From the NCBI GenBank assembly GCA_977016875.1, contig CDRNST010000188.1, positions 2,232,001 to 2,296,000 on the forward strand: 64,000 nucleotides of DNA, in the 5' to 3' direction. Positions 25,701 to 40,700 of this stretch are shown piece after piece (position 1 is the stretch's first letter; each line of letters starts with the position of its first letter). A program made the translations under genes and the position numbers. The notes under the pieces are model-generated. The model did no database searches. It saw nothing but the letters and a program-made list of their open reading frames with translations, and was not told where the DNA came from. Source of the DNA: Pavona decussata. Lineage: Eukaryota.

Positions 25701-28700
25701 ATAATTCATCAATAATGCAAATTAATTATAATAACTATAGTAACTAATTAAATGCCCCATTAAATAAAAAAGTTTTAAGTCTAATTTAAAAAATATCTAA
25801 ACTGGAAATAGATCTTATTGTGATAGGAAGCAGATTCCAAAGTCAAGGGGCAGAACAACTAAACGATCTATCCGCCAGGGTCTTCTTGGTTCTTATTGTC
25901 GGGAAAGCTAATAAGGTTGCAGAGTCATCGTTGCGCCTTAAATTATAGATTATACCTAGACGGCGGCAAGATAGTAAATGACGTTAGTAATCAGGCGCCA
26001 TACCATGTAATACCTTAAATACGAACATAAGTGACATTGTCAAGGCCATATGAAAACAAATTCAAATGAAACACCGAGAAATGTCGAAGGTCTTAACCTT
26101 TTTTGTAGTTTAACATTCCGAATCTCTACTGCTTGCTTCGTTGTTACAGATATCATTTAGGTAACACTGCAGTCTGAATATCACTCAAAAGATATGATGG
26201 CTTGGAAAACAATGATTCCTTTAGTTATGTTTCAAACGAGACATCTTTTTGAAAAGTCAGAACTGAAGTGTTGGTCATGATTTGAATATCATCATCAGTA
26301 TCTTGACCAACAAATATAGTAAAAAAAAATGGAAAAACAATCAAATGAATAAATCAACAAATTGGTCTTCAAAACGTAAATTCAACATGAAAATATAAAA
26401 AACCTCAACTTACAGTCTTTGCAGATTGTTCAGTTTAGAGAATACAGTTCCCGACAGTTCAGCGATTGAGTTACTTCCAAGATACCTAATCAAGTTGAAA
26501 GGTATAAAAGAAAAAAAAAAATCAGTAATAGGTGGTTTGCATCGCCGTCATGTTGGTGTACAGAACAAAAGAAAAAAAATTGTTCACAAAGTTTGCATAA
26601 AAATGGCAGGTAACTCCCAGAGGAGAAAAATCTTATTGTCCCGTCTGACCTCTTCGTTGCTTCAGTTCGTTGCTCTACTAACTTTGCATTCGGGTAACTG
26701 TTCATTTTGTGAGTTTGTCATAAGCCCATGGAAGATAATTAAGTAAATTAAAGACGATATATCTGAGCTGCATGGTGGGCTTTCTTTAATATCCAACTTG
26801 ATTATTTGTGAGGCTTGGACGAACTGAGCTATCCAGCCAGCTGGGTGGTGGTCATATTCCCGTGGAGGATGAATAAATTAAAGTAGATATATCAAATCCA
26901 GCGAATTTGGATTACGTAGGAAACATTTAAATACAAGGAAGATAATTGCAGTTACCGTACGCAACTTGAGCACTTTGTAAAACGAAGCTTGAAAGTAACA
27001 TAAAATAATAAAAATAAACCAAGCTTGCTTTTCGCAACTGCTCAAGTAGCGTACACTGTACGTATTGAGCGTTTTAAAAAGACGCGAAAGGCCACCGAAG
27101 ATAAGTTCGCTGGCAGAAGTAATGATTTAGGCAACCGTTGGCGCTATTTTTACCAACTTTTCGTGAAACCCACGTCTCACTATGTTGTAACGCTTTGGCC
27201 TTAATCGCGACTCCCGCCCTTTCCCACCACCCAACGCTGTTTGGAAAATTAATAGCGCTAGGCTAAAAACCTACAAAAGATATGACTTTGCCAGTACATC
27301 CAACATTGCGCATTGGGGGGGGGGGGGGGGGGGGGAGTGGTGGTCGAACGCATTATAACACTTGTACCTAGTGACGATATGTTGTTGTTGTACTTTATCC
27401 TTGATAGAATCATGCTTCCTTTCCCACAATTCAATGTTCTTAGACGCTGAAAAGCGATTCAAAAGATGTCGAGTTCCTTGTACTATCCAACATTGCACCG
27501 GGACAAAGGGGGCGGATGGCCAAACTGGAATTAAGGTCCTTTTGGAGTATATCACAAATAACAAAAATCAGTCGCGTGATTACCAGTTAGGGGAAGCTGT
27601 AACATAACGCTTTTCAGGGCTACTGCTTTCAAGATTGGCCTCGTTCTCAAATTCAAAAACCTGGTTGTTATGATTTGTTTGTAGTGTCAACCAGTAAGTG
27701 TTTGAGGCTTTAAAAGACAATAAACTGAGCGTAAACTTCGTTTGCCGTTTCATACCAACAAAACTCAAAATGCCTCTTTTTTGCGTCCTGTAGCAAACTA
27801 AGCTAAAAAACATACATCTTTGCATTGTAGTCTTTGATTCAAAGTCTCATTTAGAAAGCAAAATTCCCTAATGACAGCAAACCTTAATCTCTCGACCAAA
27901 CATTTGTCTTCAATTTTGCCTCTCACGCCTGTACAGCGAATCGAGCAGGAATTTAAACTCTTAAATTATTGAATTTTAAGCCGACTTAATTGTTCCAATA
28001 CACTCATTTCTCCTTGACCTGTCACCCTTTAAACACAGAAAAGGATATTTATTATAGGAGAAGCACTTCGGCTCCTACAGACTAAATCAGTCCAAGATAA
28101 ATTTCGAAATGTTGCTAACATTTCTTCCCCTCCCGAATTACAGGGAAGCTGAAATTCGAATACATTTTAACTGAAACTCCTTAGCTCTAGTTCATAGTTC
28201 TCCAAAGTGTTTTGTTACGCATTAATCTGATAACAGCCCGGTGTTCCGAATCTCCAGCAGAGGCATTCTAGTTATTTGTCGCTTAAGGGTCTTGCCAGCA
28301 ACCGGTCCGTCCACCACTCGCACAAGGCCGTCAGGGCCAGGGTACGTCTGCTCGATGCGCCCAACATTCCACTGTCGCCTCACTCTACCGGGATCAATAA
28401 CAACGACAACATCTTCAAACCGCAAATTGTCGTTACGGAAGTACCATTTCTGTCTTGATTCAATCTGCGGTATATATTGTTTCATCCATCGGTTCCACAC
28501 GTCTTGTGAGCTCTTGTAGTCTTCTCCAGCGCTTTCTGGGATTAAATGGCTCGGTGTCGACGCTCTCTGGTACAAAATCGCCACCAATTTTTCTGATCAG
28601 AAAGTGATTTGGAGTCAAGACGCGCTCGTCGTTAGGATCGTCACTCACAGCTGTTAAAGGTTTCGAATTCAGGAGACTTTCTACCCCAATCGAGATTGTC

Positions 28701-31700
28701 TCCAACTCCTTATATTAACTCCTGCATCACCGAGTACAGCAAAAATAGCTCGCTTTGCTGACTTAATCTTAGACTCAAAGACTCCACCAAAATGTGGCGC
28801 TGCAGTTGGGTTCAATTTCCAACTCACTCCTTTATTGGAGATCATCCGTTGTATCTTGTCTTAGTCTATAGCAGAGACTAGGTCTCGCAGTTCCCTCGAT
28901 GCGCTTACAAAGTTCGTTCCATTGTATCTTAACATTTGCGGCGGCCATCCTCTCCGCGCAGTCATTCTAACTAAAGCGTTAAAAAATGCATCAGTGTCCA
29001 AAGACGACGCCATCTCTAAGTGGCAACAATGGGTCTTCAAACAGAGAAACAAACACAAATAGCGCTTAGCTCGCACTCTTCCACGTCCTTGCTTAGTTAA
29101 GAAAGGTCCTCCAAAGTCTATTGCACAGCTCTCGAAAGGTCTGGGGGATTGCTGCAGTCTAATCTTCGGTAACGGGGCCATTTGCTAGTGAGCTGGCTAT
29201 AATCGAAATCGTTTCGCACACCCAAAACATTCTCTTATGACTCTTTTTACTTGTTCACGAACATGGGCCCCTACGTATTTCTCCTGTACATGATTAATCG
29301 TATAGTTAAGCCCCATCTGATGACCCTCTAATTATTGGTAGTACTTAACGATCAGTTCTGTGACATGATTCCTCTTAGGCAGTATGATTGGACACTTCAC
29401 ATCATATGAGAGATCGTCTGCATGTCGTAGTCTGGTGTTGGACCTCAAAATGCCATTAGCTAATACTGGATAAAACGGTGCCAATGCACTTCCTCTTAGC
29501 ATCACCTAGTTCCTTCTCATTAGCTCTATCTCTGCTGCGTACACTTTAGACTGAACCTCCCGAATGATAAATTCCTCAGCGTTTTGAATCTCCAATGGCT
29601 TCAGTTTACCCTTCTCTCCCTGTTCAGCTGGTTTCCAACAATTGTCTGTAAATCGGCGCACCCACGCTGTCACACGACAACCCAATTTCCAGTTCTCCTT
29701 TTCTTTTGACTCGATACCATTTCGAGTATCTTGAGGGTTCCAATTGCCACACCTCTTCGACACCAGCCTATTCTTCACCTTCTTTAATTATTTGGTAACT
29801 GATAGCATCCTTTGTCCCTGTTTCTTTTGTTCCTTTAAGTTCAAGGTTCTCTGTTGACGTTGGCTTGTTAAACTTCCACTCTGGCCAGTCTTGTTTTGAC
29901 TTCTTCAGATATTCGGGTCATAAGTCCACCATAGGTCTGCGCTTGCTAACTCTTCTACTGTCAGACATTTTGTCCCAGGGTCGGCGGGGTTTACATCCGT
30001 AGGAACATAGCCCCACTGATTAGGAGCAGAGAACTCATGAATTTCTCCAACATGATGGGCTATGAACGGTCTATACTCTCTACTCTGACCTTGGATCCAG
30101 TAACCCACATTCACACTGTCCACCCAATAGGTCACTCCATTTGTTGGTATCTTGAGTGGAGAGCAAAGTTTTCTTGTTAATCGTAATCCAATGAGTGCAC
30201 CCAAAAGTTCAAATCTGGGGATGCTCACTGCTTTCAATGGTGCCAGCCGAGACTTCGGCATAATCATTCGAGCAGTGACATTTAAATCCTCATACACATG
30301 ACGTGCGTAAACCATAGCTGTATGTGCGTTCTCTGACGCGTCACTGAATGTATAAATGCTCAGTTCTTCCATATTAAGACTTCGGTCTTTCAAACACCTT
30401 GGGATTTTCACAAGTTCAAGGTCTTCCAAGTCTTGGAACCACTTTGTCCATTCTTGCTGATGAGGTGTCGGCAACAGTTCATCCCAATCCCGTGCCTCCA
30501 GCCATGCCATTTGTATCAACAACTTGAACCTGATTACATTAAAGGTGATAAGAATCCTAACGGGTCGTAAACTGCTGCTTTTCGCCTCAAAACATTTCTC
30601 TTGGTGAATTCAAATCCATCTAACTGTAACAAGTGTCTAAAGGAAAATTCTTCCCTTGTGGCGGCCCAGGACACTCAGCTTTATGAATCGACTTTATTTA
30701 AACACGGTAAATGGCTCAGCAAGCTGGTTTTCAGACATGCCGTGTGATAATTACAAATTACAAATTGACCCCTCAAATTGTAGTCATGAATTTCAGAGGT
30801 TCTATGAAACCGCTCCCTAAGGTACGTCGGACAATTACTATTGAATACTTTAAACATTGTATCTAATAAGTGCCTTTTTCTTCTTTCTTCTGAGTTTGTC
30901 CACTCCAAAGAATTTAGTACATCTGATAATCTGATAGAGTAATCAGTCCGAGTAATAATCCGTGCTGCTCTATTTTGTAACTTTTGCAATTTGTCAGCAC
31001 GTGTTTTGGAACAGTCACCCCATACAATATCACAATAGTCAAAGTAGGGCTGGAAAAGTGAATAGTAAATAGTTTTAAGAGTCTCTTGATTATCGGTTAG
31101 TTTTCTAGCTAAATACAGCATTCGCAGGCCATTAAAGACTTTGGATGAAATATTTTTGATCTGATTATCGCAGGTTAGCATTTCATCAATATGAACCCCC
31201 AGTAACTTAGCAGAGGGTTTATGTTCAATAGGTCTATTATCCAACTCTAGATTCATGAACTTGGCATTTGCCAAATTATGCCGAGAGCCAATTGTCATAT
31301 AACTAGTTTTAGAAGTATTGGAACTTAATGTGTTTGTCTAATCCAATTATGTGCTGCAATTAAGTCACTATTTATAAAGAAGATTCAATTCCGGATATAT
31401 CTTTATGAGCTGTAGTTATATATGTATCATCGATAAACATACCAGGCGTTGTATGCTGCAGATTAGGGAAAATCGTTTATATAAATTATGAACAACAGTG
31501 GTCCAAGTATAGAGCCCTGGCGAATGCCACATGATATATATCGTTCTGTGGATAAGACCCCATTTACACAACATCTCTGTGTTCTGCCAGTCAAATATGA
31601 TATATGATTTACGCAGCTGGAGAGCATTGCCATTGACACCATAACAACGCAGCTTACGTAGTAAGATGTAATGGTCAACAGTGTCGAAGGCTTTCCTTAA

Positions 31701-34700
31701 GTTGATAAATACACTACCATTAAGTTTACCAGCATCCATGTTGGCAAGCCAAAGGTTTACTGCACTTATCAAAGCTGTAGAGGTTGAATAATTTGGTCTA
31801 AAGGCAGATTGAGACTCAGTTAAAAGATTACCTGCTTGAAAATATTCTAACAGCTGAGAGTGCATGACCTTTCCACAATTTTCGATATGGCAGGTAGAAT
31901 AGAAATCGGTCGGTAGTTGCTTGGAACATTTCTTTCATCCGACTTAATAATAGGATGTACTTTTGCCTTTTTCCAATCATCAGGAAATATTCCAGTCTCC
32001 ATCTCATGATTAATAATATCACATATAGAGTCTGAGATATACGCACTAAAAAGCTTTAAGAGTCTACTAGCTAGTAATGTTATCTAGCCCACACTGCCTT
32101 GCTGAGGGTTTAAGATCGGAAATAAGGTTTAGAATACATCCTACGTTTGTCGGGCGAAAACAAAAATTTAAATCGGTTCTATTTAAAAAATCCTCTGGTT
32201 GAGAAGCAGTATCAGGGATACCAGATGCCAGCTTACTACCTAGCGAACAAAAGTGATTATTCATTTGTTCAGCTATATCTTGCTGTTGTACAAAATCTTT
32301 GCCCTCATAAAGAAGTTCATTTATAATTGTCATTTTAGGCTTGCAACCCAGGGAAATATGCAAACGAAACGCAAAAGACGAAAACCAACAAAAAACAACG
32401 AAAAACTCCGCTATTTACCTTTGTGTCTCTCTTGAAGTATTTTAAAACAAAAATTCAAATCTGGAGGTTGTTGGTTACCCGTGGCGATTGAATGACATTT
32501 AGATGTAATAATTGTTGCATTTTGAAAGGAAGAAAAAAGGAAGAAAAAAAAAATGAGTGGACCTAAAAATATTCAATTTCCCTAAGTTACTCACAGTGTT
32601 CGAAGATGTATTAGTTCCGAGAATACTTGTTCCGGCAGCTCAGCAATCCTGTTGCCACCAAGATCCCTGTAGAAGAGAAGTGAAAAAAAAATCAAACTGA
32701 TATGTTATTCTTTTTTACACTTTCCATTAAAATATTAAATTTTTACATCATTTGGCGATGGTGAAAACACGCTCTAAAACATCAAGGACTTTTCTAAAAC
32801 TTCATTTATGCCGCGACACCGGCTCTGTTCTTCTTTTCCTGACGATGACACTGCACACCAAAAGACCTTATAGACCTCAAAGATAGCGTTTACTTAAATA
32901 ATCCGATATCCGATACGCTCAGCCTGATAACACGTGCCTCTATTCTCCAATTCGACGGCGACGCATGAATTAGATTATGCTATAATGTAATCCTGTTTTT
33001 TGTTGTTGTTGTTGTTTGGCACAATTTGATAGTTTCAAGGTAAAAAGCAGTCAAAAGTACAAAAGTAGTCCGAGTACAACAAAAATAGCTCGCTTTGCTG
33101 ACTTAATCATAGATTCAAAGACTTCACCGAAATGTGGTGCTGCAGTTGGGTTCCATTGGCAAATCACTCGCAGTTCCCTTTATGCGCTTACAAAGTTCGT
33201 TCCATTGTCTCTTAACATTTGCTGCGGCCAGCCTCTCCGCGCAGTCATTCTGACTAAAGCGTTAAGAAATGCATCAGTGTTCAAAGACGACGCCATCTCT
33301 AAGTGTCAACAATGAGTCTTCAAACAGAGAAACAACACAAATAGCGCTTAGCTCGCACTCTTCCACGTCCTTTCACAGCTCTCGAAAGGTCTGGGGGATT
33401 GCTGCAGTCTAATCTTCGGCATCGGATCCATTTGCTGGTGAGCTGGCTTTGACCGAAATCGTTTCGCACACTCAAAACATTCTCTTATGACTCTTTTTAC
33501 TTGTTCACGAACATGGACCGCTTAGTATTTCTCCCGTACATGATTAATCGTATAGTTAAGCCCCATCAGATGACCTTCTAATTATTGGTAGTACTTAACG
33601 ATCAGTCCTGTGACATGATTCCTCTTAGGAAGTATGATTGGACACTTCACATCATATGAGAGATCGTCTGCATGTCGTAGTCTAGTGTTGGACCTCAAAA
33701 TGCCATTAACTAATACTGGATTAAACGGTGCCAATGCACTTCCGCTTAGGATTTAATTGTTCCTTCTCAATGGCTCTATCTCTGCTGCGTACAGTCTTTA
33801 GACTGAATATCCCGAATGATAAATTCCCCAGCGTTTTAAAGCAACAAATGGCTTCAGTTCACTCTTCTCTCCCTGTTCAGCTGGTTTCCTACAATTGCCT
33901 GTAAATCGGCGCACCCACGCTGTCACACGAACTAAAGAAAACCCAATTTCCAGTTCTCCTTTTCTTTTTAACTCGATACCATTTCGAGTATCTTTAGGGT
34001 TCCAATCGCCACACCTCTTCGACACCAGCCGTTTCTTCACCTTCTTTATTTATCTGGTAACTGATAGCATGGATCCTTTGTCCCTGTTTCTTTTGTTCCT
34101 TTAAGTTCAAGGTTCTCTGTTGACGTTGGCTTGTTAAACTTCCACTCTGGCCAGCCTTGTTTTGACTTCTTCAGATATTCGGGTCATAAGTCCACCATAA
34201 GTCTGCGCTTGCTAACTCGTCTACTGTCAGACCTTTTGTCCCAGGGTCGGCGGGGTTTACATCCGTAGAAACATAGCCCCACTGATTAGGAGCAGAGAAC
34301 TCATGAACTTCTCCAACATGATGGGCTATGAACGGTTTATACTCTCTACTCTGACCTTGGATCCAGTACCCCACATTCACACTGTCCACCCAAAAAAACT
34401 GCAGCAAGAATTCAACGAGCTCAAACAAATATTGTACACACATGTGTTGCAGAATTCTGCAGACAATAAAAATGTTGAAAAGTATAGCAGTGTTATCTCT
34501 GAAAACCTAGCCACCACAACGGGGGTTCAAAATAAAAAAGGGCACAAAGCAAATAACAAGTGCAAAGAGCGCAGAAAAATATTGGCTAAAAAACAGATTC
34601 AGACACAAAGAGAAAAACACGAGAAATTCATAAGGAATTTTTCAAACCAACAACTTAGCGACAGCCTGTTAGCGTTATTTCTAAAGGGCTCCAATTTGTC

Positions 34701-37700
34701 CTGACACCGGTGACAGACGCGAATTACATTAGACGCCAACTCTTTGTAACTCTTGTTAGACTTCGAACATTTCGCAAGACGTATGCCTAAAAGATACAAT
34801 GGATTTCGTAAACTTTATAGGAAAGACCAAGGTCTCTCAAGATACTATCTTAGTATCAATGGATGCAACAAGCTTGTATACAAATATACCACAGGAGGAG
34901 GGAATTACAACAGTATGCAAAGCATACGAGGCATTCCACAGCAATAAACCTCCTATACCGTAACACTACCTCAAAGAAATACTTAAACTTATTCTTCAGG
35001 AAAATTCATTCCAAGTTGTTGGAAACAATTATCTCCAGACCCATGGAACTGCAATGGGTACAAAAATGGCCGTTGCGTTTGCAAACATATGGCCGATATT
35101 GAAACAAAAGTGATAAGTCAAAGCAAAACAAAACCAATAGCAATAGAATGGAAACGTTTTATTGATGACATTTTCTCACTGTGGGACGGTGAGAAAAAGG
35201 AAATTAACCTGTTCATTGAACAAGCTAACAACTTCCATCCTACAATTAAATTTACGGCCGAAATTTCAGAGAACGAGACAAGCTATTATTATCACAGTTC
35301 AACACGTGTCTCTCCTGTAGTTCCGCGAGAACAATGCCGCTGGTCAGCGCTTCCCAATTGCCTTCGAGTTACTTGCAGCAGTAGCACTCGCTGATATTTG
35401 CTAGCAGATCACGGCTACAGTTACCTCAAGTACACCTACATGGAAAATAATTCGTTCGAATGTATGTGAGTACTTGGCCATAGTTTTGACAGATGATAAT
35501 GAAGAGCGCGTATGCAAAATGCAAGGTGAGAACTTTACCATCCACAAACACGCACTCTATTCTCCAAGCGTTTTGTTAAATCTTCCTCGAGTCGTCACTT
35601 CTCCTCTTGTTCCTTGCGATATCTTTTTAGCCATTTTTCGTCTGCTATCGGCTCGTCCGCGTACGGTTCGAGTGTATCATCATCTTCACACGTATTACTT
35701 GTTTCGTGGACGCTATCTATCGCCTCGACTTCGACGCTTTCAAATTCGTCCTAGCAGCTTTCTTCAGCGGTTTGCTCACTTTCCGTGTCAGATATTAAGT
35801 TTTCTGCCATGGAATATACTTATTTGGAGCTAATTTTTTCCTTCCTACCGGTGAATCTGACGATTTTCTTTCTGCCGCGAACGGACTTTACTGAAGGTCA
35901 AATGAGTGCATAGACACGAGAGTTCCTGAATCTACGTCACAGACTATGTCACGGGGCCCTGTTGTGAGCCCGTCGGCATTCTTACCAGCGGGGCGGATTG
36001 ACCGCAATAAAATAGGATTTCAAAGATTTGTAAAATTAATAACAAATTCGCGTTTTATGCAAATCGTAAAAAATTTTCGCGGACGTTCTGTTCAGATTCA
36101 GATAACAAAATAAAAAAAAATTCAGTTATGGGCACTTTAAGCTCCACTGACGACAAGTTACAATATGGTTGGTATAACTCTCTAATTTCGAATAATGTCA
36201 CATAAAAAAAGATCTCCAAAACTTTTTCCTTACCACCCCTGTGGTAAAGGAAAACAAATCCCTTATCAACTTACAGGAGGGTCAACTTTGATAATTTCGA
36301 GAATACTCCAGCCGGAAGACTTTGAAGTTTATTCGTATCCAAGTACCTGCAAGAAATAGGACATTGGTCAATTTTAATTGGTAAGGAGAAATCACGTGCA
36401 TAGCCACGTGCATACTAATAAATAATAATAAATTTAAATTTATACCGCGCAGTTTCTATAAAAATATTCAACTGCGCCTTACAATAAATATTAAATTCAA
36501 AATAAAATGGAAGTTCAAAATTACAATTCTAAAATTCCATAAATAAATAAAATAATTCATCAATAATGCAAATTAATTATAATAACTATAGTAACTAATT
36601 AAATGCCCCATTAAATAAAAAAGTTTTAAGTCTAATTTAAAAAATATCTAAACTGGAAATAGATCTTATTGTGATAGGAAGCAGATTCCAAAGTCAAGGG
36701 GCAGAACAACTAAACGATCTATCCGCCAGGGTCTTCTTGGTTCTTATTGTCGGGAAAGCTAATAAGGTTGCAGAGTCATCGTTGCGCCTTAAATTATAGA
36801 TTATACCTAGACGGCGGCAAGATAGTAAATGACGTTAGTAATCAGGCGCCATACCATGTAATACCTTAAATACGAACATAAGTGACATTGTCAAGGCCAT
36901 ATGAAAACAAATTCAAATGAAACACCGAGAAATGTCGAAGGTCTTAACCTTTTTTGTAGTTTAACATTCCGAATCTCTACTGCTTGCTTCGTTGTTACAG
37001 ATATCATTTAGGTAACACTGCAGTCTGAATATCACTCAAAAGATATGATGGCTTGGAAAACAATGATTCCTTTAGTTATGTTTCAAACGAGACATCTTTT
37101 TGAAAAGTCAGAACTGAAGTGTTGGTCATGATTTGAATATCATCATCAGTATCTTGACCAACAAATATAGTAAAAAAAAATGGAAAAACAATCAAATGAA
37201 TAAATCAACAAATTGGTCTTCAAAACGTAAATTCAACATGAAAATATAAAAAACCTCAACTTACAGTCTTTGCAGATTGTTCAGTTTAGAGAATACAGTT
37301 CCCGACAGTTCAGCGATTGAGTTACTTCCAAGATACCTAATCAAGTTGAAAGGTATAAAAGAAAAAAAAAAATCAGTAATAGGTGGTTTGCATCGCCGTC
37401 ATGTTGGTGTACAGAACAAAAGAAAAAAAATTGTTCACAAAGTTTGCATAAAAATGGCAGGTAACTCCCAGAGGAGAAAAATCTTATTGTCCCGTCTGAC
37501 CTCTTCGTTGCTTCAGTTCGTTGCTCTACTAACTTTGCATTCGGGTAACTGTTCATTTTGTGAGTTTGTCATAAGCCCATGGAAGATAATTAAGTAAATT
37601 AAAGACGATATATCTGAGCTGCATGGTGGGCTTTCTTTAATATCCAACTTGATTATTTGTGAGGCTTGGACGAACTGAGCTATCTAGCCAGCTGGGTGGT

Positions 37701-40700
37701 GGTCATATTCCCGTGGAGGATGAATAAATTAAAGTAGATATATCAAATCCAGCGAATTTGGATTACGTAGGAAACATTTAAATACAAGGAAGATAATTGC
37801 AGTTACCGTACGCAACTTGAGCACTTTGTAAAACGAAGCTTGAAAGTAACATAAAATAATAAAAATAAACCAAGCTTGCTTTTCGCAACTGCTCAAGTAG
37901 CGTACACTGTACGTATTGAGCGTTTTAAAAAGACGCGAAAGGCCACCGAAGATAAGTTCGCTGGCAGAAGTAATGATTTAGGCAACCGTTGGCGCTATTT
38001 TTACCAACTTTTCGTGAAACCCACGTCTCACTATGTTGTAACGCTTTGGCCTTAATCGCGACTCCCGCCCTTTCCCACCACCCAACGCTGTTTGGAAAAT
38101 TAATAGCGCTAGGCTAAAAACCTACAAAAGATATGACTTTGCCAGTACATCCAACATTGCGCATTGGGGGGGGGGGGGGGGGGGGAGTGGTGGTCGAACG
38201 CATTATAACACTTGTACCTAGTGACGATATGTTGTTGTTGTACTTTATCCTTGATAGAATCATGCTTCCTTTCCCACAATTCAATGTTCTTAGACGCTGA
38301 AAAGCGATTCAAAAGATGTCGAGTTTCTTGTACTATCCAACATTGCACCGGGACAAAGGGGGCGGATGGCCAAACTGGAATTAAGGTCCTTTTGGAGTAT
38401 ATCACAAATAACAAAAATCAGTCGCGTGATTACCAGTTAGGGGAAGCTGTAACATAACGCTTTTCAGGGCTACTGCTTTCAAGATTGGCCTCGTTCTCAA
38501 ATTCAAAAACCTGGTTGTTATGATTTGTTTGTAGTGTCAACCAGTAAGTGTTTGAGGCTTTAAAAGACAATAAACTGAGCGTAAACCTCGTTTGCCGTTT
38601 CATACCAACAAAACTCAAAATGCCTCTTTTTTGCGTCCTGTAGCAAACTAAGCTAAAAAACATACATCTTTGCATTGTAGTCTTTGATTCAAAGTCTCAT
38701 TTAGAAAGCAAAATTCCCTAATGACAGCAAACCTTAATCTCTCGACCAAACATTTGTCTTCAATTTTGCCTCTCACGCCTATACAGCGAATCGAGCAGGA
38801 ATTTAAACTCTTAAATTATTGAATTTTAAGCCGACTTAATTGTTCCAATACACTCATTTCTCCTCGACCTGTCACCCTTTAAACACAGAAAAGGATATTT
38901 ATTATAGGAGAAGCACTTCGGCTCCTACAGACTAAATCAGTCCAAGATAAATTTCGAAATGTTGCTAACATTTCTTCCCCTCCCGAATTACAGGGAAGCT
39001 GAAATTCGAATACATTTTAACTGAAACTCCTTAGCTCTAGTTCATAGTTCTCCAAAGTGTTTTGTTACGCATTAATCTGATAACAGCTCGGTGTTCCGAA
39101 TCTCCAGCAGAGGCATTCTAGTTATTTGTCGCTTAAGGGTCTTGCCAGCAACCGGTCCGTCCACCACTCGCACAAGGCCGTCAGGGCCAGGGTACGTCTG
39201 CTCGATGCGCCCAACATTCCACTGTCGCCTCACTCTACCGGGATCAATAACAACGACAACATCTTCAAACCGCAAATTGTCGTTACGGAAGTACCATTTC
39301 TGTCTTGATTCAATCTGCGGTATATATTGTTTCATCCATCGGTTCCACACGTCTTGTGAGCTCTTGTAGTCTTCTCCAGCGCTTTCTGGGATTAAATGGC
39401 TCGGTGTCGACGCTCTCTGGTACAAAATCGCCACCAATTTTTCTGATCAGAAAGTGATTTGGAGTCAAGACGCGCTCGTCGTTAGGATCGTCACTCACAG
39501 CTGTTAAAGGTTTCGAATTCAAGAGACTTTCTACCCCAATCGAGATTGTCTCCAACTCCTTATATTAACTCCTGCATCACCGAGTACAGCAAAAATAGCT
39601 CGCTTTGCTGACTTAATCTTAGACTCAAAGACTCCACCAAAATGTGGCGCTGCAGTTGGGTTCAATTTCCAACTCACTCCTTTATTGGAGATCATCCGTT
39701 GTATCTTGTCTTAGTCTATAGCAGAGACTAGGTCTCGCAGTTCCCTCGATGCGCTTACAAAGTTCGTTCCATTGTATCTTAACATTTGCGGCGGCCATCC
39801 TCTCCGCGCAGTCATTCTAACTAAAGCGTTAAAAAATGCATCAGTGTCCAAAGACGACGCCATCTCTAAGTGGCAACAATGGGTCTTCAAACAGAGAAAC
39901 AAACACAAATAGCGCTTAGCTCGCACTCTTCCACGTCCTTGCTTAGTTAAGAAAGGTCCTCCAAAGTCTATTGCACAGCTCTCGAAAGGTCTGGGGGATT
40001 GCTGCAGTCTAATCTTCGGTAACGGGGCCATTTGCTAGTGAGCTGGCTATAATCGAAATCGTTTCGCACACCCAAAACATTCTCTTATGACTCTTTTTAC
40101 TTGTTCACGAACATGGGCCCCTACGTATTTCTCCTGTACATGATTAATCGTATAGTTAAGCCCCATCTGATGACCCTCTAATTATTGGTAGTACTTAACG
40201 ATCAGTTCTGTGACATGATTCCTCTTAGGCAGTATGATTGGACACTTCACATCATATGAGAGATCGTCTGCATGTCGTAGTCTGGTGTTGGACCTCAAAA
40301 TGCCATTAGCTAATACTGGATAAAACGGTGCCAATGCACTTCCTCTTAGCATCACCTAGTTCCTTCTCATTAGCTCTATCTCTGCTGCGTACACTTTAGA
40401 CTGAACCTCCCGAATGATAAATTCCTCAGCGTTTTGAATCTCCAATGGCTTCAGTTTACCCTTCTCTCCCTGTTCAGCTGGTTTCCAACAACTGTCTGTA
40501 AATCGGCGCACCCACGCTGTCACACGACAACCCAATTTCCAGTTCTCCTTTTCTTTTGACTCGATACCATTTCGAGTATCTTGAGGGTTCCAATTGCCAC
40601 ACCTCTTCGACACCAGCCTATTCTTCACCTTCTTTAATTATTTGGTAACTGATAGCATCCTTTGTCCCTGTTTCTTTTGTTCCTTTAAGTTCAAGGTTCT

